Shown here: piece by piece, positions 52,215-64,000 of the stretch
Layout: each line of letters begins with the position of its first letter
Position numbering within the stretch: the first letter of the stretch is position 1
Assembly (NCBI GenBank): GCA_013265495.1
Contig: MU058781.1
Location: forward strand, 1,468,963-1,532,962
DNA: 64,000 bases
Origin: Vicugna vicugna
Taxonomy: Eukaryota
Direction of reading: 5' to 3'
Position numbers and translations under genes: made by a program
Notes under the pieces: model-generated
The model's database searches: none
What the model saw: the letters and a program-made list of their open reading frames with translations, nothing else
Told to the model about the DNA's origin: nothing

Positions 52215-53640
52215 TTTTTCAAAATTGAGATATAATTAACATACAATATTATATTAGCTTCAGGTGTACAACATAAAGATTTAATATTTATATATACACT
52301 GTGAAATGGTTACCACAACAGGTCTGGTTGACATCCATTGCCACACACAGTTCCTTTTTTTTTTTTTCCCTTTTGATGCGAATTTTTAAGATTTACTTAA
52401 AACTTTCAAAGATACAATACAATATTACTAACTACAGTAACCATGCTGTTCATTACATCCCTGTGACTTATTTATTTCATAACTGGAAGTTTGTACCTTT
52501 TGACCCCCTTTACCCATTTTGCCCATCCCCCACCTCTGGTGACCACCAATCTGTTGTCTGTAACTATGTGTTTGGGTTTTTTGTTTGGTTGGTTGGGTTT
52601 TAGATACCACATGTGAGTGAAATCATACAGTATTTATCTTTCTCTGTCTGACTTATTTCACTTAACATAATGTCCTCAAGGTCCATCCGTGTCATCATAA
52701 ATGGCAAGATTTCCACCTTTTTTGTGGCTGAATACACATATATATGCATATTTTCTTTACCTATCATCCATCAATGGATACATAGGTTGCTTCCACGTCT
52801 TGGGTATTGTAAATAATGCTGCAGTAAACATGGGGGTGCATGTATCTTTTTTGAGTATGTGTTTTCATTTCCTGTGGATAAATACCCCGGAAGTGGAATT
52901 GCTGGATCGTGCGGTAATTCTTGTAAGTTTTTGAGGAAACTCCATACTGTTTTCCATAGTGGCTGCACCAATTTACATTCCCGCTAGTAGCCCCTAAGTG
53001 TTCTCTTTTCTCCATATCCTTGCTGACACTTGTTATTTCTTGTCTTTTTGATAATAGCCGTTAAAACAGGTGAGAGGTGATAGCTCATTATGGTGTTAAT
53101 TTGCATTTCCCTGATCATTAGTGATGTTGAGCACATTTTCACATACCTGTAGGCTGTCTGTATGCCTTCCTTGGAAAAATATCTATTCAGTTCCTCGGCC
53201 TACTTTTTAATCAGATTGTTGGTTTTCGATATTAAGTTGTACGAGTGGTGTATATATATGATACTTACCCTTTATCAGATATATGATTTTTGAATATCTT
53301 CTCCCATTTAGTTGGTCACCTTTTTGTCTTAACAATGGGTTCCTTTGCTACTCAGAAAGTTTTTAGTTTGGTACAGTCCCACTTGTTTATTTTTGTTTCT
53401 GTTGTTTGTGCTTTTGGTGTCAAATCCAAAAAATCATCACCAAGACCAATGTCAAGGAGCTTAACCCCCTTACATTTTCTTCTAGGAGTTTTATGGTTTC
53501 AAGTGTCACGTTCAAGTCTTTAATCCATTTTGAGTTAATTTTTGCATATGGTGAAAGAGAGATATCCAGTTTCGTTCTTTTGCATGTGGCTGTCCAGTCT
53601 TCCCAGGACCATTTATTGAAGAGACTATCTTTCCCTTCCA
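52215..53640 (-). mobile_element. L1 fragment (ORF2 C-terminal region and 3'UTR), decayed
   Basis: The - strand remnants [43 protein letters not shown] and [13 protein letters not shown]…ELPHDPAIPLPG are L1 ORF2. Confidence 0.92.
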
Positions 53641-55015
53641 AATATATTGACTTTGTATCCACTTCAGTGCAGTGTTTTCAGAGGCTGGAAGTTGTGCTTT
53701 CAAAGCCTTTGCCCTTAGGCTGTGTCCTTCTGTGATTCTCATTCCCCCATAATCTTTCTCTTCAGCCGGATTTTAAAAGGTCAGAACTTCACTGTGACAA
53801 TATCAGAAGATAAGACTGCGATCCTTACTCACAAGCAAGCTGAAGACACTGAGATCACCTTATTGGAGTCAGCTTGCTGCCACCATCCGTCCTCTCTTCT
53901 AGATACTTCCTCTTTAGCCACCACCTTCCTTGGCCCCAGTCCTCACATAATTCCTCCTTCCTTGGAAATCTGTAATTCTGTCCTCAGTTCAAGTTGGAGC
54001 TACTTCTCTGTGCAACTTGGGCTCAGCAGAGAAAATAGAAAAAGAAAAAGAGAAAAGAGAACCCTCCTGACTAAGCCTCCAAACGCCCTCCTGGGTCCCA
54101 GGTGGACACTGCCCATCCCAGACCCTGAAGTCCTGGCCGGGCGTGGGATGACTCGTGGAGGGGCTGGATATCTGCCTGGCTGGTGTCTCCTCTCCTAGGA
54201 CTTTGGTCTGTCTGAGCTGACTGCCCCCCACCCCACTTCCAAGCAAGCCTTCTCGGTTTCTCTCTGGTCAGCTGTGCTACCACATTTTCAGCTTTCCCCT
54301 GCACTTAACCCAAGCAAACTCCCCAGTGCGATGTTCCTCCTCTTTGTTCTGTGCAGATTCTAGAATAATCACATTTAGAGCTGAAAGGAGTCTTAGGGAC
54401 CATCTAATTCCAACCCTAAAGTGGTACAAAGTTGGAAATTGAGAACCAGAGAGGTCAAATGGCTGGTTGATTACTCTGCCCCATAAAATGGGTTCACATT
54501 TGCTGGATTCATTGCCCATTTATTGTAAATGTTAAAATAAGCATTTGCATTCACAAGACCCTGTGTTTTTTCTATTAATTCCCTCTTTACAGAAAGACGA
54601 TCTCTCAGGCCATAATGTGGTGTGAAGAGAGGGGGTTTTGAGGTACAGGTAACACTGTGTAACAGTTATTTTCCTTTTAGATTCTCCCCTCATTGCACAG
54701 GGTGTTGCTGAGACATGCTTATATCCACTGGCGAACGTCGGTGAAGTTAGAATTAAGTGTATTCTTTTAGGTTCACTGTAAATCTACCCACAGATGTTCA
54801 ACATTTTGCCCTCCTTCCTTAGTGGTTCGGGGATATGTGGGGAAGGGTCACGTAGAGTTTTTATGCACCACAGTTGGCAGTCTTTTGATGATCTGCGTGC
54901 TCCTCTTACCCAGATCAATGGTTTAAACATTTCCTTTCCTTCCATACTGTTCAGTTATTGAACACCTTCTAGTCGGTATATCATTCAGCAGTGAAGGCTT
55001 AGGATCAATGGTATC

Positions 55016-55129
55016 TAGGGTGACCAGTCCATCCTGGTTTGCCCAAGACTTTCCCAGTTTTAGCACTAAAAATCCCACGTCCTGGGAAATCCCTCAGTGC
55101 CGGGCAAACTGGGACAGCTGGTCACCCTA
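55016..55129. mobile_element. MER94-like MITE (hAT) with perfect terminal inverted repeats
   Basis: TAGGGTGACCAG (55016-55027) and CTGGTCACCCTA (55118-55129). A more decayed relative lies at about 46060-46170. Confidence 0.8.
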
Positions 55130-56417
55130 AGTACTGCCGTTACATCTTCCTGCTCATCTTTCTAACGCACAGAGCATCTTGGGACTGAGAATTAGTGCCC
55201 TAGATATTCATGTCCCACAGAACAGCCCACTGACCATTTACTGAAAAAGAAAAAATATATATAATAGGCTAATAGAAACCGCTCAGTTATGTAGGTTACA
55301 ACACATTTAATACACACTGAAGGGTAGTCATCGAAGCTACACTGTCAGACCTGAGAGCCCTAACCAAAGCCGACCAGGACTGAGCTTACTCTGTTTATAA
55401 CAATTTTCCCATTGTTTCTGAGGAGAAAGAATGGAGTTTAAGGATGTCATTTAAAAAGATAGATCATAAATATAAAATCTGAACCTAAAACCAGTTTAAC
55501 CAGTGGGAGACTCAAACGCAAAGATTTTCTCCAAGTAAGTACAAACGCAGAACATATCTTGGAGGCAAATTTGTTCCAGCTTTCATTTCTACGAAAGCAG
55601 AAGAAACATCTGCTTTTTGGGATTTATCCAAGCACTCTGCCCTAACAAACTGTCCAAATGAAAGTAAATAACAAGTTCCGTGGGAAAGAAGCTAGTGTGA
55701 CAGTAGACTGAATTCACTGAAAACGAACCAGGAATTTAATAGGGCTATTAAAATTAGAAGTGGGTAGAAACCACTGCCCATCTTTATTTTAAGACTGTTT
55801 TGTTTTTATTTCTTTGAAAATGTTTAGAAGAAAAAGAATATCTTCAAGACACAGATCTTTAGAAGCAGCTGAATTATAAAATACTGTCTCTTAATAGAAA
55901 TACCATCTCCTTGCAATTTCAAGTCAACATTCAAAGTAGAGGGTTGGGGGAGTTTGGAGGTTCTTGGTATTAGAAGCATACCCAGATTTAGACAGATGTG
56001 GGATATGCAAGATCGTCTCCTTACAAATCTGCAGTCTTTTTTTTTTTCTCAGAGCAGACATTTAGAAACAGAGAAAAGTTGCTTAGAAAAACAAATAGTC
56101 ACCAATTCTGTTCCTTGAGAATTAACAGCCTAAAGCCAAAGGTAAAATGTGGATGTGGATGGGGCGCGGGTGGAGGTGGGGGCAGGGGTTTGTTTTCTTT
56201 CTGCTTTTGTTTTTGCTTGGAAAATTAGAATTGAATCTGGGCATTTACGCCTAAGAGGGAAAGAAATTGCTACTCCCGAAAGGCTGCTAGGGTCATAGAG
56301 AAAAATAAAACCCTGTGTGACCTGGAAGAATGAGGTTAAGCTGGAGAGATGGAATGTGGAAGAGAGTGGGGAGAAGATACAGAAGGTGTCTGAGCCATGT
56401 TTACTTTCATAGACTTT

Positions 56418-56570
56418 CTTTTTTTTTTTTTAATTCTTTTTGTTGTTCTTTTTTGGGGGGTGGTAATTAGGTTTGTTTGTTTGTTTGTTTGAATGGAGGT
56501 TTACTGGGGATTGAATCCAGGACTTCGGGCATGCTAAGCGCACACACTACCACTAAGCTATACCCTCCCC
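56418..56570 (-). mobile_element. tRNA-derived SINE
   Basis: Reverse SINE ending taagctataccctcccc, flanked by tcatagactt repeats. Confidence 0.8.
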
Positions 56571-57317
56571 GTTTCTCATAGACTTCCTACAACTCCTTTT
56601 TAAGAACTGGGAAACTAAGGCACAGTGATCCCAAGAAACTGTCCCAGGGACACCTAGTAAAGAGCAGAGACAGATTTAAGCCCTGTTCCAAAGTCCTGGT
56701 CCTCGCCGCCACGCCCCATCACATGCTTTTGCAGGGTGCGCCAGAGGTAACCACGTCCGATGCAGTTTGAAAGAGCAGGTTCAAGAGGCTGCAGGTGGGA
56801 ATGAGGCCAGTGCCCTCGCTCCAGAGTGTAGGGAGAGGCCTGAAGAGGCTGGTGCTGCCTGTGATAACGATGGCCTTGATGGCTTCACTTGTACTTTGGG
56901 ATCTTTTGGGTGAAGAATGACCCCCCAAGCACCACTGTTCTGCTTCACTAAAGGTACCTAAGAAGGTGGGCAGGTGCTTTGGATCTTATGTGAGCCAAAG
57001 CTGGCAACAGAGATGTCACAGACTTGTTGAGTATGCCTGATGCGCAAGGCATCATTCTAAGCTCTTTTTATGTCCTAATCTATTTGAACCTCTTTGGAAC
57101 GCTATGAGGTCAGTGTTTTACAGAAGAAAGGAAACCGAGGCATCTAGTCCAGTGCTCTGCGACGTGAGCCGCGTGGGGGCCGAACAGACGACTCCGGCAG
57201 GAATCAGCATTGCTGCTCTCCCCCGTTTCACATTTCTTCACTGAGAAAGTGATTGCAAAGACCCTGATGTTACAAAACTTAGGCCTGGAGGAACTTGATG
57301 ATTATCTAGAAAAGAAA

Positions 57318-57625
57318 TCAGCCAGCGACATACAGCCTGTGGGTTGAATCTGGCCTATTTTTGACCTGCCCACAAGCTAAGGATGATGTCACATTTTGAA
57401 GTGACTGGAAAAAAAAAAATCCAAAGGAGAGTATTTTATGACATGAAAAAGATAAGAAATTGTGATAACAGTGTCCAGAAATGAAATTTCAGCAGGTCAC
57501 ATCCACATACTGCTATGCCTACTTCTGGAACACAGCAATAGAGCTGAGCGTTTGCCTCAAAAACCAAATGGCCCCCAAGCCTGAAATATTTACTTCCTGG
57601 CCTTTTACAGAAAAAGCGCTGATGT
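57318..57625. mobile_element. MER58-like DNA transposon
   Basis: tacagcctgtgggttgaatctggcc…aagcctgaaatatttacttcctggccttttacagaaaaag. Confidence 0.7.
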
Positions 57626-57959
57626 CTGATGCAGAAGTGTGTGGTTAACACATTTGCCTACCTTTTTTTTCAGAAAAAGTTTTGTCAGAATTCTGAGTTT
57701 CCTAGATAATTTAAAGCCTACACTTTTGTGCACAAAGCGGTTAATTAAAAGAACAAATTTGAATAAACATATTTCAGAAGTGCCTTTTTAATAGACTATG
57801 CAGTATATATGTACAAGATATATATTAATACATCTGTATTTCTGTTTCACTAAATGTTAGTTCTCTGCTTATTTTCAACCCTAAAACACTGGGGTAGCCC
57901 AGTGTTGACACAGATCTTCCCAGTTTTCAAGCCCTTTGATTAACATTTTTGCACATTTT

Positions 57960-58915
57960 ATTTTTACTTACTTATTTTTTTATTGAAGTATAGTCAGTGA
58001 CAATGTGTCAATTTCTGGTGTACAGCATAATGTCCCAGTCACGCATATATATACACATATTCATTTTCATATTCTTTTTCATGAAAGGTTAATTATAAGA
58101 TATTGAATATAGTTCCCTGTGCTATACAGAAGAAATTTATTTTTAACTTGTTTGATCATTTTAAATACTAGAGGGAATGATACAGTGTGATCACTGAGTT
58201 GTACAAATGCCAGTCATCCTTAAACTGAATGATCTGTTTTTGGAATTTCTTTTTTCCTTTTTTTATTGAAATATAGTTGATTTACAATATTGTGTTAGTT
58301 TTAGATGTACAGCAAAGTGATTCAGATTTCTTTTTTCAGATTATTTTCCATCATAGGTTAATACAGGGTATTGAATATAGTTCCGTGTGTTACACAATAA
58401 ATCCTTGTTGCTTTTCTATTTTATATACAGTAGTGTGTATCTGTTAATCTCATACTCCTAATTTATCCCCCCCCACCTTTCCCCTTTGGTAACTGTAAGT
58501 TTGTTTCCTATGTCTGTGAGTCTCTTTCTGTTTAGCATGTAGAATTATTTGTATTTTTTTTTAGATTCCACAAATAAGTGGTGTCATATGATATTTGTCT
58601 TTCTCTGACATACGTCACTTAGTATCGTATTATCTAAGTGTATCCATGTTGCTGCAAGTGGCAGTATTTCATTCTTTTTTATGGCTGAGTATATATATAC
58701 ACATACATACATATACATACCACGCCTTCTTAAACCAGGCATCTGTTGATGCCCACTTGAGCTGTTTCCGTGTCTAGGCTATTGTAACTAGCGCTGCTAT
58801 GAACTTCGGGGTGCATGTATCTTTTTGAATTAGAATTCTCTTCTTTTCTGGATATGTGCCCAGGAGTGGCATTGTTGGATCATTTGGTAGCTTTATTTTT
58901 AGTTTTTTATGGAAA
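57960..58915 (-). mobile_element. Two adjacent L1 3' fragments (about 57960-58140 and 58250-58915)
   Basis: ttattgaagtatagtcagtgacaatgtgtc… and ttattgaaatatagttgatttacaatattgtgttagttt…gatatgtgcccaggagtggcattgttggatc. Confidence 0.85.
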
Positions 58916-59120
58916 CTTTTGGAGTTTTTCTTGAACCCACTTCATTCTCAGTCTGTCGCCATAGCTGACAAAAGGGCACTGAACCTAGCAGTCCTGCATC
59001 TCTCCTCTGATATGTGACCCCTTTTCTGCTTAGATCCGAGACAATTTGTTATGATTGTGTCTAAACTAAGAGTGAATAAGCCTCAGCCTCGAGAGGGGTT
59101 CAAATACATAAGCTTTGCAG

Positions 59121-59228
59121 AGAGGAGGGTATAGCTCAGTGGCAGAGTGCATGCTTAGCATGCATGAAGTCCTGGATTCAATCTAATTACCTGCCCCCTA
59201 AAAAACAAGACAAAAAAGAAAAAAACAA
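59121..59228 (+). mobile_element. tRNA-derived SINE
   Basis: aggagggtatagctcagtggcagagtgcatgcttagcatgcatgaagtcctggattcaatc. Confidence 0.8.
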
Positions 59229-62200
59229 ATACGTGAGCTCTGATGCTTAAACCAAAGATGATAGACTGTATCTTGACGGCAAACAGGGTCTTCAGGGTGC
59301 TTGTGTGTGGGTGGACTCGTGTTTTAAAAATTTGTTAATTGCATGATAACATGTAAGGAATTTGGAAAAAAAATTTTAATAAAATTCAGATTCCTCATTC
59401 CTCTTAAAATATCTGAAGCACTGGCCGCACTGGCCCAGTGACCCCACGTGACATTCCCTGCTGGCATTGAGAGGAACCTGCTTGCTTTAGTTGGGGCACA
59501 GGCTCTTCTCTGTTGCCCCCACCCTCCCTCAACCTCATAACACCTTGGCCAAGTGTTAGCTGCCACTCATGAACTCACTCACCCTGTTTTTCCTACCCTC
59601 CCAGCTTCACTTATTTTTCTCACTGACTTCTTCCGCTTACCTGCCCGTACACACTGGAGTGCACGAATCCAGCCTACCAGGTGTGATTATTATTTGGGTT
59701 GCCAGGAGACCTTTTGCTGTTGACTTTCTGGATCTCGCTGTGGCCAGAGTGAGTTTGCCAGAACGACACAAGCCAAGCCTTCGTGGGAAGCGGGGCGGTG
59801 TAATCGTGCTGGAGATGGGAGGCCAGTGGCTTGGGGGCCATTTGCTTTTCGAGGCAACCGGTCCGCTCTATTGCTGTGTTCTGAGAGTAGACCTACAGTA
59901 TGTGGCCGTCCAAAAACACAGCCAGTGATTGTGCGGAGAGAAGTAGTCAGAGGGAGAGGAGACCTAGAAGGACTTGGGAACAGATCAGGCCCAGATTATA
60001 ACCCTGCTCCCACAAGAAGGTGTTTTTATTTACCTCTGAGAGCCCAGCTGGCGTGGACGCACAGCTCTGACAAGGTCCATGAGAACTAAAGTGACTGTCG
60101 GGGGGAAAAGTTCCAACCGTGGTCTCCCAAAGCCCCCAGACAGCCCCGCCTTTTCTTTTCATGTCTGAGCTGGGCTAATTATGTGTGTCCGCGGCTATCC
60201 TTGGTCTGTCTCCTTGATTATGACAATAAAGGTTATCCTGGGCCTGAGAGAGGCAAGGAGTGATACCAAATGCCCTCTTGATGACAGTTTTCACTATGTT
60301 AAGCCAACTAGAGTGAATGGAGCAGAAATCCTGTGCTGGTAGGAAGTTAATCGCTTAGCCCAATTATTTGCTGGAAGAAAATGCCGGTTCAGTGGCCACA
60401 GATACCAAGCCAAACAAACCAACTGCTGGGCCAACCACTAAAAAGAGCATTGCATTCTCATCTCTGGCCGTTCATCTAAAGCACTGTCAATAAGGCAGGG
60501 CTGACTACGGAAGGGGTTGGGGGATCCTGCTGTTTCGAACTGTAAATCACGTCGCACCCCTTCTCCCTACTTGCGAGCTGCTTTGACTCAGTCGTGATGA
60601 AAGATTTCTGGAGTTTGCTTTGCACTGGCGTTGGACCAGCGCTCCCTATTGTAGGATCGAGGACCAAGGCAGAGAGACAGGAAAAAACCGACTGAACCTG
60701 CAGGGAGAGCCTTCTGCCTCCCTCTGCAGTCCACTCTGGGTCCTACCAGGCAGAACTTCTCAGATCAGGGTGTGGCTCTAGTCAGAATCAAGGGAAGAGA
60801 AAGCATCCAAACAGAACTTCCTTTTCTCCAGCCACACTTCTACTCTTTTCTTCTTCTTCTTCTTCTTCTGTGGTAAAGGGAGAGAGACAAGGGGAAGGAA
60901 TTTAACCTTCACTCTTTTGGAGTGGCAATAAATCAACCCATTTGAAAGCCTTAAGGAGGTCAATGTGTTTCTTCTCCATGACCAATCAAATTATCATTTC
61001 CTTAATAGGGTCAGAAATGTTGGCTGTTTTTCAGAAGGGAAGCAGCAGGAGCAATAACTGCTAATGCTTCTCTGAACCTCTGCGGACAGATACATAAACC
61101 CCGAGCACGGGTTATCTCAGTTCATGTTCTTAACAGCCACGTGGAAGAGGAATCACTGTTATTTTCCATCTCGCAGACAAAGAACCTGGTGCTGAGGGAG
61201 GTGGAGTACCTTTACCCTGCTGGTACAGCTGGTCAGTGACTACCCGGGATTTGAAGCCAGTTAGACTGGCTCCAGCATCTTGACCAGGTTGCTGCAGAAT
61301 TAAGGCTCTGGCTTCTATCCAGCTGAATGACTTTGAAGAAAATATTTGTTGTGGCCTTAGTTTCCTCGTCTGTAAAAGAGAGGGGTGTGTAAAGTGAGCT
61401 TCAAGATCCCCACCAACTCTACGGGTCCATTGCCAAATCAGTATCTATCCATCACATCTATGCTACTGTTGTCATTCATTGATCCAGTGAACTACAGGAA
61501 GTGAAGGGGTGGAGTGGGATGGGAGGGGATGGGGAGCTTGCTGGTTCTACACCAGTGTCTCCCTAACAGGCGCAGTGGCTCCAACCGCAGCATCATGCCC
61601 AGACAAGTAGGATAGCGGGTGATTGCAGCAGTGAGATGGAATCAGGGCCACTTTTAGCCCCAGTGGCTGCCCTGGGTTGATCTGTTATTCGGACCAGTAA
61701 CTTTCCCCCAGAAGCATCCTTACTGCATTAACCTGCAACTGCTCGCCATTTCCTGAGTGCTGGCGGCACCTGGCACAGGTGAGCGCTGAGAATCCCTGTG
61801 TAATGTGACCAGACCTGCTGGGCGTCTCTTCCTGGTTCCCCTGCATGACACTGACTGATACTTCCAGGAATTCTGCCGCTGCCCCCAAGCCTTTGTTCTC
61901 TCTTCAGCGTGAGGAAGTGGGAGAGGGGGTTGGGTGAAAAGGAGACTCCTTTGAGCTCTGTGAAATGATCTCCAACCTGAAGATGTCAGGGTTTTGGAGA
62001 GATGGCTAGTCACTCCACACTCCGTAGACAATCCTGTGCCAGCAACTCCAGTTACCTGACGCTCTGTGTGAAATGGGAACCACTTTTGCTCTCTGGGAAT
62101 AATGACTATCACGTTCCCCCCTGGCAGGCAAACTAAGGTATGTTTATTTCACTTAGGCCTTGACCCCGACCCTTTCATGTTAAAAGTCACTCCTAGATTC

Positions 62201-62479
62201 CTTCTGCCCTCACCTCATGCCCCCCAAGTCTAATTCTGATTTCCGTCTTCCCAGAGCCTGCACGTTCGCATACGTGCCAGGCGACACCATCAGCAACTGC
62301 CTGATTTAATCCAGAGACCTTCACCTCCCTCACCATCTTCTTCTTCCCTCCGATAATTTACTTAGGTATGTCGCAAGGGTGTTCTTCCTTATCTGTGTCT
62401 GTATGTGCCCAGTAGAGATAACTCTGAAATGGAAAGAAGTGGCAGAGAAACAGGAAGAGAAAGAAACCCGAGGAGCCAA

Positions 62480-63030
62480 AATCCTCAGTGCGGTGGTTTC
62501 CAAGAACTGCTAGCCGCTTGCGGGGTTAATTGGAAAAAGTAGAACCACTTAATTCAAAGAAGGCAAGGGGGACGCGTGAGAAGAGACGGGAGATGCGATC
62601 GATCGGCTTAGATGGGATGGAGGGGGTGGGGCGAAGCCGGAGAAACAGCCCGGGAGAAAGGAGACGTCATTCCGGACCAGAACGCAATTTGCTGAGACCC
62701 GCTGGCGTCTTGTATGCAAATGACCAGGGCTTCCCGGAGGCCGGGCTGAGCCGGGCGCGCTCGGCGGCTCGCCGGAGTCAGCGCCGAGGCCTGAAGCCCA
62801 TCGGCGGGGAGGGAAGCATCTCCGGCCGTCGCCGAGGGAGGATGGACGCGACCCAGAAGCGGAGAAAAAATGAGGATTAAAGCACTCGGGGGAAGGAAGC
62901 CCTCTTGAGAAGCTGTCGAAATTCAAGGCGGGCAGAAGAGGTCAATTCGACCCTCTGACCCTTGTGGTTTCAGGGACCCCTCGATTCTCCATCCTTGGTG
63001 AGAGAGTCCTTCTCCAGGGAAGTGAAAATA
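62480..63030 (+). promoter_or_regulatory. CpG-island-like promoter and 5'UTR of exon 1C with octamer motif
   Basis: High CpG density from 62510 to 62990. Perfect octamer ATGCAAAT at 62714-62721 followed by GC-rich sequence. Confidence 0.7.
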
Positions 63031-63955
63031 ATGAACTTTTGGAGGTATTACCTTTTTGCTTCCACTGTGTTCAGTGTGGTGATTTTTGTGGTCCTTTACA
63101 ATAGCCAGTTAAGCTCGCCAAAAAGTTATGGGAAGCTGAACAGTTCCAGTGAAAGGTATTTTCAAATACATGCCTGTAATTACGCCTTAGAAGACAAGTC
63201 ACCCTTTTTGTGGGAAAAGACATTGCCATCACCGGTGGGAAGTGTCCCTTGCAAGGACTACCTGACCCAGAATCACTACATCACAAGCCCCCTGTCAGAA
63301 GAAGAAGCTGCGTTCCCCTTGGCATATGTCATGGTTATTCACAAGGACTTCGATACTTTCGAAAGGCTCTTCAGGGCTGTCTATATGCCCCAGAATGTCT
63401 ACTGTGTGCACGTGGATGAGAAAGCCACCGCTCATTTTAAGAAATCTGTGTGGCAGTTACTGAGTTGCTTCCAAAATGCTTTTCTGGCTTCCAAGGCAGA
63501 GCCTGTGGTCTACGCAGGAATTTCCAGGCTCCAGGCTGACCTGAACTGCCTGGAGAACCTGAGGACCTCAGAGGTGCCGTGGAAGTACGCCATCAACACC
63601 TGCGGGCAAGATTTCCCCCTGAAAACCAACAGGGAAATCGTTCAGCATCTGAAAGGCTTTAAAGGGAAAAACATCACCCCAGGGGTGCTGCCTCCCGATC
63701 ATGCGATTGGACGGACCAAGTATGTCCACCGAGAGCACCTGAACAAAGGTGGCTCTTTTGTGAAAAATACTTATATTTTAAAAACCTCACCTCCACATCA
63801 GCTGACCATCTACTTTGGCACTGCCTATGTGGCACTCACCAGAGAGTTTGTCAACTTTGTCTTCCAGGACCAAAGGGCCATTGACCTCCTACACTGGTCA
63901 AAAGACACATACAGCCCTGATGAACATTTCTGGGTAACACTTAATAGGATTCCAG
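63031..63955 (+). CDS. GCNT2: GCNT2 alternative exon 1C (IGnT C, erythroid isoform), coding part
   Basis: Absent from the ORF track because the frame runs off the window end. Translated by hand: [44 protein letters not shown]…[37 protein letters not shown]…[14 protein letters not shown]. 925 nt, open throughout, donor CCAG|GTAGGT. Confidence 0.95.
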
Positions 63956-64000
63956 GTAGGTACCAATTTCCTTTCCTGTTTTCCCTTATCCATAGATTGA

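Noticed and set aside
24013..53742. Short ORFs with L1 ORF2-like peptides
   Set aside because: Fragmented, frameshifted relics of decayed L1 elements, not host genes.
2725..59228. tRNA-like sequences as tRNA genes
   Set aside because: They have A and B boxes but also A-rich tails, TSDs, many diverged copies and no intact cloverleaf, so they are SINEs.
62530..62926. Arg/Gly/Pro-rich ORFs on both strands
   Set aside because: A by-product of the GC-rich exon 1C promoter, which is depleted in stop codons.

Overview
Mammalian genomic DNA, probably camelid (inferred from a tRNA-derived SINE resembling Vic-1). It covers the 5' part of the GCNT2 locus (I-branching beta-1,6-N-acetylglucosaminyltransferase, I blood group; CAZy GT14) on the + strand. 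The window holds a tandem array of FOUR intact, paralogous coding first exons of about 0.9 kb: 14620-15523, 25995-26916, 41360-42278 and 63031-63955. Each encodes a type II membrane anchor, a stem and most of the catalytic domain. Each ends at the same phase-1 donor (…[13 protein letters not shown]). The last three match the known alternative exons 1A, 1B and 1C. The first is an extra, divergent exon upstream of 1A, beyond the three-exon model known from human and mouse, and is the main candidate for novelty. The four exons share mosaic, near-identical central tracts that suggest gene conversion, flanked by divergent N-termini and a hypervariable loop. Shared exons 2 and 3 are not in the window. 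The remainder is intronic or intergenic: SINEs, L1 fragments, MIR, L2, MLT and ERV LTRs, MER DNA transposons, a CpG-rich patch with a strong CTCF motif, and candidate promoters. Repeat family names are by eye, and repeat boundaries are approximate unless a TSD or TIR is quoted.
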